Assembly: GCF_004010195.1 (NCBI RefSeq)
Contig: NC_057752.1
Coordinates: 2,776,711 to 2,817,776, forward strand
Source: Chiloscyllium plagiosum
Taxonomy: Eukaryota
Reading direction: 5' to 3'
Length of the DNA stretch: 41,066 bases
The number at the start of each line of letters is the position of its first letter. Position 1 is the first letter of the stretch. The position numbers and the translations under genes were made by a program. The notes under the pieces were generated by a model. That model saw only the letters and a list, made by a program, of their open reading frames with translations, made no database searches and had not been told where the DNA came from. Of this stretch, positions 1 to 11,913 are shown piece after piece.

Positions 1-3000
1 GCGAGAGTGAGAGGCAGTCTGCGTGTGCGCAGGCGAGAGTGAGAGGGGGTCTGCGTGTGCACAGGCGAGAGTGAGAGGCAGTATGCGTGTGCGCAGGCGA
101 GAGTGAGAGGCAGTCTGCGTGTGCGCAGGCGAGAGTGAGAGGCAGTCTGCGTGTGCGCAGGCGAGAGAGTGAGAGAGACAGTCTGCGTGTGCGCACGTGA
201 GAGAGTGAGAGAGACAGTCCGTGTGCGCACGCGAGAGCGAGAGAGACAGACTGCTTGTGTGACATAAGAGAGTGAGACAGTCTGCTTGCATACGATAGAG
301 AGAGTCTACATGTGCACGCGATAGAGTCTGCTTGTGTGGACGCATGAGTCTGCGTGTGTGCACGTGACAGTGAGACAGTCTGCATGTGTGCACGAGAGAG
401 AGCGAGTGTCTGCGTGTGTGCACGTGACAGTGAGACAGTCTGCATGTATGCACGAGAGAGAGCGAGAATGAGTCTGTGTGTGTGCACGCAAGAGAGTGAG
501 TGTCTGCATGCGTGCATGCAAGAGTGAGTGAGTCTGCGTGTGTGCACGCGAGAGTCTGCATGTGTGCACGCGAGAGTGAGACAGTCTGCGTGTGTGCACG
601 CGAGAGTGAGACAGTGCGTGTGTGCACGCGAGAGAGTCTGCGTGTGCACCTGAGAGAGTCTGCGTGTGTGCACGCGAGAGAGTGAGGCAGTGTGTGTGTG
701 CATGCGAGAGAGAGTGTGCGTGTGCACGAGAGAGTGTGCAGGTGCACGCTAGAGTTTGCGTGTGTGCACGTGAGTGAGAATCTGCGTGTGTGCACGCGAG
801 AGTCTGCATGTGTGCATGCGAGTGAGTGAGACAGTCTGTGTGTGCACGCGAGAGAGTGAGTCTGCGTGTGTGCACAGGAGAGAGTCTGCATGTGTGCACG
901 TGAGAGAGCGAGACAGAGTCTGCGTGTGTGCATGCGAGAGGGAGACCGTCTGCATGTGTGCACGCGAGAGTCTGCGTGTGTGCACGCGAGTGAGATTCTG
1001 CATGTGTGCACGCGAGAGTCTGCATGCGTGCATGCGAGAGAGTGAGTGAGACAGTTTGTGTGTGTGTGCACTCGAGAGAGTGAGGGAGACAGACTGCTTG
1101 TGTGCACGCGAGAGAGTGAGACAGTCTGCGTGTGTGCACGCGATAGAGTCTGCGTGTGTGCACGCGAGAGAGACCGTCTGCGTGTGTGCACGCGAGAGTG
1201 AGACAGTGCATGTGTGCACGCGAGAGTCTGCGTGTGCACGCGAGAGAGTGAGACAGTCTGCGTGTGTGCATGCGAGAGAGTCTGTGCGTGTGCACGCGAG
1301 AGTCTGTGCGTGTGCACGCAAGAGTCTGCATGTGCACGCGAGAGAGTGTGTGTGTGTGCACGCGAGTGAAACAGTCTGCGTGTGTGCACGCGAGAGTGAG
1401 AGTCTGCGTGTGCACGCGAGAGAGTCTGCGTATGCACGTGAGAGAGTCTGCGTATGCACGTGAGAGAGTCTGCGTGTGCATGCGAGAGAGTCTGCGTGTG
1501 CACGCGCAGGAGGACACTGCGTGTGTGCACGCGAGAGTGAGACAGTCTGCATGTGTGCACGCGAGAGTGAGACAGTCTGCATGTGTGCACGCGAGCGAGA
1601 GTGAGTCTGCGTATGTGCACGCAAGAGAGTGAGTCTATGTGCATGCACGCGAGAGTGAGTGAGACAGTGTGTGTGTGCATGCGAGAGAGACAGTCTTTGT
1701 GTGTGCATGCGCGATAGAGAAAGAAAGGGTCTGCGTGTGTGCACGCGAGAGAGCGTGAGTGAGTCTGCGGGTGTGCACGCGAGAGTGAGACAGTCCGTGT
1801 GTGCGCGCGAGTGAGTCTCCATGTGTGTGCATCAGAGAGAATCTCCATGTGTGCACGCGAGAGAGAGTCTGCGTGTGTGCACGCAAGAGAGAGAGTCTGC
1901 ATGTGTGCATGCGAGAGAGCGAGACAGAGTCTGCAGAGGTGCACACAAGAGTGTCTGCATATGTGCACGCGAGAGAGTGTGAGTCTACGTGTGTGCACGC
2001 GAGAGAGTGAGTGAGACAGTGTGTGTGTGCATGCGAGAGTCTTCGTGTGTGCACGCGAGAGAGCGAGACAGTGTCTGCGTGTGCGCTCACAAGAGAGCGA
2101 GTGAGTCTGCGTATGTGCACGCAAGAGAATGAGTCTGCATGTGTGCACGCAAGTGTGCATGCGAGAGAGTGTCTGCGTGTGTGCACGTGAGAGAGAGAGT
2201 CTGCGTGTGTCCATGGGAGAGTATGCGTGTGTGCATGCGAGAGAGTCTGCATGTGCACGCGAGTGAGAGTCTGTGTGCGCGCACGCATGCAAGAGTCTTT
2301 GTGTGTGCACGCGCGATAGTGAGTCTTCGTGTGTGCACGCGGGATGGAGGGTCTTCATGTGTCCACGCGCTAGAGCCTGCGTGTGCGTGCGAGAGAGCGA
2401 GCGAGAGTCTGCATGTGTGCATGCGAGTAAGTGAGACAGTCTGTGTGTGCACGCGAGAGAGAGTGAGTCTGCGTGTGTGCACGCGAGAGTGAGAGAGACA
2501 GTCTGTGCATGCAAGACAGAATCTGTGTTCACGCGAGTGAGAATCTGTGTGTGTGCATACGAGTGAGAGTCTGTGTGCATGCGCGATAGTGAGTCTTCGT
2601 GTGTGCACGCATGATAGAAGGTCTTCATGTGTGCACACGATAGAGTCTGCGTGTGTGCACGCAAGAGAGAGTCTGTGTGTGTGCTTGCGAGAGAGACAGA
2701 GTCTGCGTGTGTGCACATGAGAGCGAGAGTGAGTCTGCGTGTGTGCACGCGAGAGAGCGAAAGAGAGCGTGTGTGCACATGAGAGTGAGTCCGTGTGCAC
2801 GTGAGAGTCTCCATGTGTGCACGTGAGAGAGTCTCTGTGTGTGCGCGCGAGAGTCTGCATGTGTGCATGCAAGAGAGTGAGACAGTCTGCATGTGTGCGC
2901 GCGAGAGTGAGATAATCTGCGTATGTGCACGCGCGAGAGAGAGACAGTCTGCGTGTGTGCATGCGAGAGAGTCTGCGTGTGTGCATGCAAGAGAGCGAGA

Positions 3001-6000
3001 GTCTGCATGTGTGCACGTGAGAGAGTGAGACAGTCTGTGTGTGCATGCGAGAGTCTCCGTGTGAGCGTATGCTAGAGTCTCTGTGTGTGCGCGAGAGAGA
3101 GTCTGCGTGTGTGCTCGCGAGAGAGTGAGACAGTCTGCATTTGTGCACACGAGGGAGAGACAATCTGCGTCTGCATGCGAGAGAGTCTGCATGTGAGAGT
3201 GAGTCTGCATGTGCACGCGAGTGAGAGTCTGCATGTGTACATGTGAGAGAGTCTGCGTGTGTGCACGCGAGGGTCTGCATGTGTGCATGTGAGAGAGTGA
3301 GTGAGACAGTCTGTGTGTGTGCACGCAAGAGAGAGAGAGAGTCTGTGTGTGTGCACGGGAGAGAGAGTCTGCGTGTGTGCACACGAAAGTGTGCATGTGA
3401 GAGAGTGAGTGAGACAGTCTGTGTGTGTGCATGCAAGAGAGAGAGTGAGTATGCACGGGAGTGAGAGTCTGCGTGTGTGCACAGGAGTGAGAGTCTGCGT
3501 GTGTGCACGGGAGTGAGAGTCTGCATGTGTGCACGTGCGATAGTGAGTCTTCATGTGCGCACGCGAGAGAGACTGCGTGTGTGCACGTGAGTGAGTCTGT
3601 GTGCTCGCGCGCGAGAGTCTTCGTGTGTGCACACGCGATAGAGTGTCTTCATGTGTGCACACGGTAGAGTCTACGTGTTTGCATGAGAGAGTCTGTGTGT
3701 GCACGTGCGAGAGAGTCTGCGTGTGTGCACGCGAGAGAGCGAGACAGTCTGCGTGTGTGCACGCATGCGAGAAACAGTCTGCATGTGTGCACGCATGCGA
3801 GAGACAATCTGCGTGTGTGCATGCACGCGAGAGACAGTCCGCGTATGTGCAGGCGAGAGAGACAGTCTGCATGTGTGCATGCGAGAAAGAGACAGTCTGC
3901 ATGTGTGCACGTGAGAGAGTCTGCATGTGTGCATGTAAGAGAGTCTGCATGTGTGCACGTGAGAGAGAGCGAGACAGTCTGCGTGTGTGCACGTGAGAGT
4001 GAAACAGTCTGTGTGTGTGCACGTGAGAGTGAAACCGTCTGCGTGTGTGCACGCATGCGAGAAACAGTCTGCGTGTGTGCACGCATGCGAGAGAAATCTG
4101 CGTGTGTGCACGCACGCGAGAGACAGTCCGCGTATGTGCAGGCGAGAGAGACAGTCTGCATGTGTGCATGCGAGAAAGAGACAGTCTGCATGTGTGCACG
4201 TGAGAGAGTCTGCATGTGTGCACGTGAGAGAGTCTGCATGTGTGCACGTGAGAGAGAGTGAGACAGTCTGCATGTGTGCACGTGAGAGTGAAACAGTCTG
4301 CGTGTGTGCACGTGAGAGTGAAACAGTCTGCGTGTGTGCACGCATGCGAGAAACAGTCTGCATGTGTGCACGCATGCGAGAGACAATCTGCGTGTGTGCA
4401 CGCACGCGAGAGACAGTCCGCGTATGTGCAGGCGAGAGAGACAGTCTGCATGTGTGCATGCGAGAAAGAGTCTGCATGTGTGCACGTGAGAGAGTCTGCA
4501 TGTGTGCACGTAAGAGAGTCTGCATGTGTGCACGTGAGAGAGAGTGAGACAGTCTGCGTGTGTGCACGTGAGAGTGAAACAGTCTGCGTGTGTGCACGCG
4601 GGAGTGAGACAGTCAGCGTGTGTGCACGCGGGAGTGAGACAGTCTGCGTGTGTGCACGCAAGAGAGAATGAGACAGTCTGCGTGTGTGCACGCACGCGAG
4701 AGACAGTCTGCGTGTGTGCACGCACGCGAGAGACGGTCTGCGTGTGTGCATGCACGCGAGAGACGGTCTGCGTGTGTGCACGCACACGAGAGACGGTCTG
4801 CGTGTGTGCACGCACGCGAGAGACGGTCTGCGTGTGTGCACGCACGCGAGAGATGGTCTGCGTGTGTGCACGCACTCGAGAGATGGTCTGCGTGTGTGCA
4901 CGAGAGAAAGAGACAGTCTGCGTGTGTGCACGAGAGAAAGAGACAGTCTGCATGTGTGCACGCGAGAGAGAGTCTGCGTGTGTGCACACGAGAGAGCGTC
5001 TGCGTGTGTGCACGCGAGAGAGAGAGAGAGACAGTCTGCGAGACAGAGTCTGCGTGTGTGCATGCCAGAGAGCGAGACAGTGTCTGCGTTTGTGCATGCG
5101 AGGGAGAGTCTGCATGTGTGCACGTGAGAGAGATAGTCTGCATGTGTGCACGCGAGTGAGTGAGAGAGTCTGCGTGTGTGCACGCGAGAGAGTGAGTGAG
5201 ACAGTGTGTGAGTGCATACGCGCGAGAGAGAGTCTGCGTGTGTGCACGCGAGAGAGAGAGTGAGACAGTCTGCGTGTGTGCACGCATGAGAGTGAGAGAG
5301 ACAGTCTGTGCGTGCACGCGATAGAGAGACAGTCTGCGTGTGTGCATGCAATAGAGAGTCCGTGTGTGCACACGATAGAGTCTTCATGTGTGCACGGGAG
5401 AGAGAGTCTGCGTTTGTGCACGCAAGAGAGTGTGTGTGTGCACGTGAGAAAAAGAGACAGTCTGCGTGGGTGCATATGAGAGAGAGACAGTTGCGTGGGT
5501 GCATATGAGAGAGAGACAGTCTGCGTGGGTGCATATGAGAGAGAGAGACAGTCTGCGTGGGTGCACATGAGAGAGAGAGATAGACTGCATGTGTGCACGC
5601 GAGAGCATGCGTGTGTGCACACGAGAGAGACAGTCTGTGTGTGTGCACGCGACAGAGAGTCTGTGTGTGCATGTGAGAGAGAGTCAGTCTGCATTTGTGC
5701 ACGCGAGAGTGTCTGCTTGTGCGCACGCAAGAATGTCTGCGTGTGCGCACGCGAGAGAGTGATAGAGACAGTCTGCGCGTGTGCATGGGTGAGAGAGTGC
5801 ATATGTGCACATGCGAGAGAGAGTCTCCATGTGTGCAGGTGAGAGTCTATGTGTGTGCACGCGAAAGACAGTCAGTGTGTGTGCACGCAAGAGTGAGTCA
5901 GTCTGCATGTGTGCACGCAAGAGAGGGAGTCTGCGTGTGTGCACGCGAGAGAGGGAGTCTGCGTGTGTGCACGCGAGAGAGGGAGTCTGCATGTGCACAC

Positions 6001-9000
6001 GAGAGCGATAGAGAGTCTGCATGTGCGCACGCGATAGAGAGTCTGCATGTGCGCACGCGATAGAGGCAGTCTGCGTGTGTGCATGCAAGAGAGGGAGTCT
6101 GCATGTGCACACGAGAGAGAGACAGACTGCGTGTGTGCACACGAGAGAGAGAGTGAGACAGTCTGCGTGTAGAGACAGTCTGCATGTGCGCACGCGATAG
6201 AGAGTCTGCATGTGCGCACGCAGTAGAGGCAGTCTGCGTGTGTGCATGCAAGAGAGGGAGTCTGCATGTGCACACGAGAGAGAGAGACAGACTGCGTGTG
6301 TGCACACGAGAGAGAGAGTGAGACAGTCTGCGTGTATGTACGCGAGAGAGAGTGACTGTCTGTGTGTGCACGTGTGAGTGTGAGAAAGACAGTCTGTGTG
6401 TGCGCGCGCGCGCGAGAGAGAGACAGTCTGCATGTGTGCACGCGAGAGAGGGAGTCTGCGTGTGTGCACGCGAGAGAGGGAGTCTGCCTGTGCACGCGAG
6501 AGAGGGAGTCTGCATGTGCGCACGCGATAGAGAGTCTGCGTGTGCGCCAACGATAGAGGGAGTCTGCGTGTGTGCATGCGAGAGAGGGAGTCTGCATGTG
6601 CACATGAGAGAGACAGACTGCGTGTGTGCACACGAGAGAGAGAGTGAGACAGTCTGCGTGTGTGTACGCGAGAGAGTGACAGTTTGTGTGTGCACGTGAG
6701 AGTGAGAAAGACAGTCTGTGTGTGCGCGCACGCGAGAGAGAGAGACAGTCTGCATGTGTGCACGCGAGAGAGGGTGTCTGCGTATGTGCACGTGCGAGAG
6801 AGAGTCTGCGTGTGTGCACACGAGAGAGAGACAGTCGGCGTGTGCGCACGCGATAGAGGGTCTGCGTGTGCGCACACGATAGAGGGTCTGCGTGTGCGCA
6901 CGCGATAGAGAGTCAGCGTGTGTGCACGCATGAGAGAGAGTGCGTATGTGCACGTGCGAGAGAGAGTCTGCATGTGTGCAGGTGAGAGTCTACATGTGTG
7001 CACGCAAGAGTGAGTCAGTCTGTGTGTGCACGCAAGAGTGAGTCAGTCTGTGTGTGCACGCAAGAGTGAGTCAGTCTGCATGTGTGCACGCGAGAGTGAG
7101 ACAGTCTGCATGAGTGCACATGAGAGAGAGAGACAGTCTGTGTGGGTGCACATGAGAGAGAGAGACAGTCTGTGTGTGCACATGAGAGAGACAGTCTGTG
7201 TGTGTGCACATGAGAGAGAGAGACAGTCTGTGTGGGTGCACATGAGAGAGAGAGAGAGAGACAGTCTGTGTGTGCACACGAGAGAGAGAGTGAGACAGTC
7301 TGCGTGTGTGCACGCGTGAGAGAGTGATACAGTCTGCGTGTACACGTGAGAGCGTGAGAGACAGTCTGCGTGTGTGCACACGATAGAGAGTGTGTGTGTG
7401 CATGCGATTGAGTCTCCGTGTGTACACGTGAGAGAGAGGCAGTCTGCGTATGTGCACGCGAGAGAGAGTCTGCATGTGTGCATGCGCGCACGAGAGAGAG
7501 GCAGTCTGCGTGTGTGCACGCGAGAGTCTGCATGTGTGTACGTGAGAGAGAGAGAGAGACAGTCTGTGTGTGCATGCGAGAGAGTGAGAGACAGTCTGCG
7601 TGTGCGAACGCTAGAGACCGTCTGCGTGTGCGCACGCATGAGAGAGAGTGCGTATTTGCACGTGCGAGAGAGAATCTGCGTGTGCGCACGCGATAGTCTG
7701 CGTGTGTGCACGCATGAGAGAGTCAGTCTATGTGTGCACGCGAGAGTGAGACAGTCTGCATGAGTGCACATGAGAGAGAGCAAGACAGTCTGTGTGGGTG
7801 CACATGAGAGAGAGAGAGAGTGAGACAGTCTGCGTGTGTGCACGCAGAGAGACAGTCTGCATGTGTGCACGCGATAGAGAGAGAGAGAGACAGTCTGCGT
7901 GTGTGCACGCGAGAGAGAGAGACAGTCTGCATGTGTGCACGCGATAGAGAGAGAGAGAGAGTCTGCGTGTGTGCACGCAATAGAGAGTCCGCGTGTGTGC
8001 GCGCGATAGAGTCTTTGTGTGCGTGCGATAGAGTCTTTGTGTGCGCACGCGAGAGAGAGTCTGCGTGTGTGCACGCGTGAGAGAGAGAGACAGTTTGCGT
8101 GTGTGCACGCGAGAGCGAGACAGTCTGCGTGTGTGCACGCGGGAGCGAGACAGTCTGCGTGCGTGCACGCGAGAGCGAGACAGTCTACGTGTGTGCACGC
8201 GAGAGCGAGACAGTCTGCGTGTGTGCACGCGAGAGAGTGAGAGAGTCTGCATGTGTGTACGCGAGAGAGAGAGAGAGTCTGCATGTGTGTACGCGAGAGA
8301 GAGAGACAGTCTGCATGTGTGCACGCAATAGAGAATCCATGTGTGTGCGCACGATAGAGTCTTCGTGTGTGCATGGGAGAGACAGTCTGCGTGTGTGCAC
8401 GCAAGAGAGAGAGAGAGACAGTCTGCGTGGGTGCACACGAGAGAGAGAGACAGTCTGCATGGGTGCACACGAGAGAGAGAGATAGAGACAGTCTGCGTGG
8501 GTGCACATGAGAGAGAGAGAGACAGTCTGAATGGGTGCACACAAGAGAGACAGAGACAGTCTGCGTAGGTGCACACGAGAGAGACAGTCTGCGTAGGTGC
8601 ACACGAGAGAGAGAGAGAGAGACAGTCTGCGTAGGTGCACACGAGAGAGAGAGACAGTCTGCGTGGGTGCACACGAGAGAGAGAGAGACAGTCTGCGTAG
8701 GTGCACACGAGAGGGAGAGAGACAGTCTGCATGGGTGCACACGAGAGAGAGAGACAGTCTGCATGGGTGCACACGAGAGAGAGAGAGAGAGACAGTCTGC
8801 ATGGGTGCACACGAGAGAGAGAGAGACAGTCAGCGTGGGTGCACACGAGAGAGAGAGAGACAGTCTGCGTGGGTGCACACAAGAGAGAGAGAGAGACAGT
8901 CTGCGTGGGTGCACACAAGAGAGTCTGCATGTGTGTACGTGAGAGAGAGAGAGAGAGACAGTCTGTGTGTGCATGCGAGAGAGTGAGAGACAGTCTGCGT

Positions 9001-10636
9001 GTGCGAACGCTAGAGACCGTGTGCGAACGCTAGAGACCGTCTGCGTGTGCGAACGCTAGAGACCGTCTGCGTGTGCGAACGCTAGAGACCGTCTGCGTGT
9101 GCGCACGCATGAGAGAGAGTGCGTATTTGCACGTGCGAGAGAGAATCTGCGTGTGCGCACGCGATAGTCTGCGTGTGTGCACGCATGAGAGAGTCAGTCT
9201 ATGTGTGCACGCGAGAGTGAGACAGTCTGCATGAGTGCACATGAGAGAGAGCAAGACAGTCTGTGTGGGTGCACATGAGAGAGAGAGAGAGTGAGACAGT
9301 CTGCGTGTGTGCACGCGCGAGAGAGTGATACAGTCTGTGTGTACACGCGAGAGCGTGAGAGACAGTCTGCGTGTGTGCACACGATAGAGAATGTGTGTGT
9401 GCACGCGATTGAGTCTCCGTGTGTCAATGTGGGAGAAAGGCAGTCTGCGTATGTGCATGCGAGAGTCTGCCTGTGTGCACGCGAGAGTCTGCGTGTGTGC
9501 ACGTGAGAGCGAGACTGTCTGCGTGTGTGCACGCGAGAGAGAGAGACAGTCTGCATGTGTGCACGCGATAGAGAGAGAGAGAGACAGTCTGCGTGTGTGC
9601 ACGCAATAGAGAGTCCGCGTGTGTGCGCGCGATAGAGTCTTTGTGTGCGTGCGATAGAGTCTTTGTGTGCGCACGCGAGAGAGAGTCTGCGTGTGTGCAC
9701 GCGTGAGAGAGAGAGACAGTTTGCGTGTGTGCACGCGAGAGCGAGACAGTCTGCGTGTGTGCACGCGAGAGAGTGAGAGAGTCTGCATGTGTGTACGCGA
9801 GAGAGAGAGACAGTCTGCATGTGTGCACGCAATAGAGAATCCATGTGTGTGCGCACGATAGAGTCTTCGTGTGTGCATGGGAGAGACAGTCTGCGTGTGT
9901 GCACGCAAGAGAGAGAGAGAGACAGTCTGCGTGGGTGCACACGAGAGAGAGAGAGAGACAGTCTGCATGGGTGCACACGAGAGAGAGAGAGAGACAGTCT
10001 GCGTGGGTGTACACGAGAAAGAGAGAGACAAGTGCGTGTGTGCACATGAGAGAGAAATACATTCTGCATGTGTGCACGCGAGAGAATCTGCGTGTGTACG
10101 TGCGAGAGAGAGACAGTCTGCGTGTGGGCACGCGAGAGACAGTCCGCGTGTGGGCACGCGAGAGTGGGTCTGCGTGTGGGCACGCGAGAGAGGGTCTGCG
10201 TGTGGGCACGTGAGAGAGAGTCTGCGTGTGTGCACGCGAGAGAGAGTCTGCGTGTGTGCACGAGAGAGAGTGTCTGCATGTGTGCACGCGCGAGAGAGTG
10301 CGTGTGCACACGAGAGAGACAGTCTGCATGTGTGCATACGAGAGAGAGCGACTGCATGTGTGCATGCGAGAGAGAGCGACTGCGTGTGCGCACGCGAGAG
10401 AGTGATAGAAACAGTCTGTGTGTGTGCGCACGCGATAGAGAGTCTGTGTGTGTGCACGTGTGCGAGAGAGTCTGCGTGTGTGCAGGTGAGAGTCTACATG
10501 TGTGCACGCAAGACAGTCTGTGTGTGCACGCAAGAGTGAGTCAGTCTTCGTGTGTGCACGTGAGAGTGAGACTGTCCGAGTGTGCATGCACGCGAGAGAG
10601 AGAGAGCCAGTCTGCGTGGGTGCACACGAGAGAGAG
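1..10636. repeat. Giant compound satellite/minisatellite with ~20-36 bp units, consensus approx. GAGACAGTCTGCGTGTGTGCACGCGA(GA)n; runs off the left edge of the window
   Basis: Continuous tandem repetition seen directly. The first ~160 bp has a clean 32-bp period and 4680-4900 has a 30-bp period. It ends abruptly at ...GAGAGAG|GCTAAAGGG. Confidence 0.98.
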
Positions 10637-10741
10637 GCTAAAGGGCTGAATGGGCATCTTTTGTGACATAACATTCAAAGAAGAACATTTAAGTTAATGA
10701 CAGCAAAATTACTTTCTTTAACCCCACTGATTGATTCAGCT

Positions 10742-11075
10742 GGGCCAGTATTCATGAGAATTTAGAAGAATGAGAGGGAATCTGATTGAAATGTAGAAAA
10801 TGCGAACAGGGATTAGACAGGCTAGATGGAGGGAGCATTTTCTCCTGGTTGGAGAGTCTTGAACCAGGGGATCACAGTCTCAGGATACAGGGTGGAGGCC
10901 AACATCCCAAATATATTCAAGAAAGAGAAAAAAGTTTTAGATTTTAAAGGCATCAAGGGGTATGGGGAGAAAACAGGAATATGGCATTGACAAAGGGGAT
11001 TAGCCATGATCCTATTGAATAGTGGAGCAGTCTCGAAGGGCTGAATGACCTACTCCTGCTCCTCGTTTCTATGTT
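10742..11075 (+). mobile_element. CR1-type LINE 3' fragment
   Basis: Degenerate ORF2 C-terminus DNA (TTTAGAAGAATGAGAGGGAATCTGATTGAAA) plus the 3' tail GAAGGGCTGAATGACCTACTCCTGCTCC...TTTCTATGTTTC that recurs in other copies in this window. Confidence 0.85.
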
Positions 11076-11149
11076 TCTTTTGTCAAGTCACATCATGTAA
11101 ATGGTGTACAGTTCTACTGCCTTTTACAGCTAATGTGATCCTTTTTGAA

Positions 11150-11450
11150 GTGTAATTACTGTTTTATTGTGTGCAACTTGGCAGCCATGTGAAGCACAGC
11201 TAGCTCCCACAACCACCAATGGGTTAAGTGGTATGATCACCTATTTCTGGCACACAAATTGCAAGAAAAGTATACCTCGGGAGACAAATCTCCTCACACT
11301 TGTCGAAATGGGTGGCATAGAATCTTCCCTGCCAGGGCAGACTGGGCCTTGTCCTTAATTTGAAAGCCAGCACCTCGGGCAGCCCAGCACTCCCTGAGTG
11401 GCACACTGGGAGGTTTTGAGCTGGGTTATGTGTAGTTTGGGCCATGAGCC
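11150..11450 (-). mobile_element. Degenerate Deu-domain SINE (SacSINE1-like)
   Basis: CAGCACTCCCTGAGTGGCAC is the near reverse complement of the Deu core CAGTACTGAGGGAGTGCTGCAC at 22077; related copy at 27395-27815. Confidence 0.55.
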
Positions 11451-11613
11451 TGAGACTGTCCAATTTCCCCATTGCATAGACCTTGCAGTTACGTACACAG
11501 GATACCTTGGGAGGAAGATTTTTAAGATGCTTTAGTTCCTGTGCCCTGACCTCAATGAGGTACCGCTTGACTTGGCCTGTTTAACCCTGTGCCATTGGCT
11601 CTTCTCCCCACAG

Positions 11614-11693
11614 GATGGAATCAACAGAAAAATGTGAAGCCATCATTGCTCACTTCAATGGGAAATTCATTAAGATGCAGCAAGGAGTTGCAG
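11614..11693 (+). CDS. RBMS2: RBMS2-like exon, second RRM: (R)[26 protein letters not shown]
   Basis: Acceptor CTTCTCCCCACAG, donor CAG|GTGAGT, 80 nt. The peptide matches the RBMS-family RRM2 motif [16 protein letters not shown]. Confidence 0.93.
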
Positions 11694-11913
11694 GTGAGTA
11701 CAATGGACTCTGAACCTGCCTCTTGCTTTGTGTTCCCTTGAGATAAAGGAAGCTGGGAAATGCTCTCATTTACGATTACGGGGTGGAGTAACACAGTATG
11801 AGTTGAGGATTCAGATAACAAAATGGGCATTGGGCATGGGATTGAGAGTTCCTCGACCCAGACTGAGCATCATTCTTCTCTCACATGTTGGCGTTTTCTG
11901 TCTTTCAATGCAG

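Noticed and set aside
1..10636. CRISPR-like look of ~30-bp semi-palindromic repeats
   Set aside because: There are no unique spacers, units abut directly, the context is a spliced vertebrate gene and there are no cas genes.
306..10674. Many long ORFs (up to 912 aa) rich in H, T, R, C, A, S and L
   Set aside because: They occur in all frames of the satellite because TTA, CTA and TCA are rare on the + strand. They are low-complexity, overlapping and have no domain. The CxH patterns are not zinc fingers or heme motifs.
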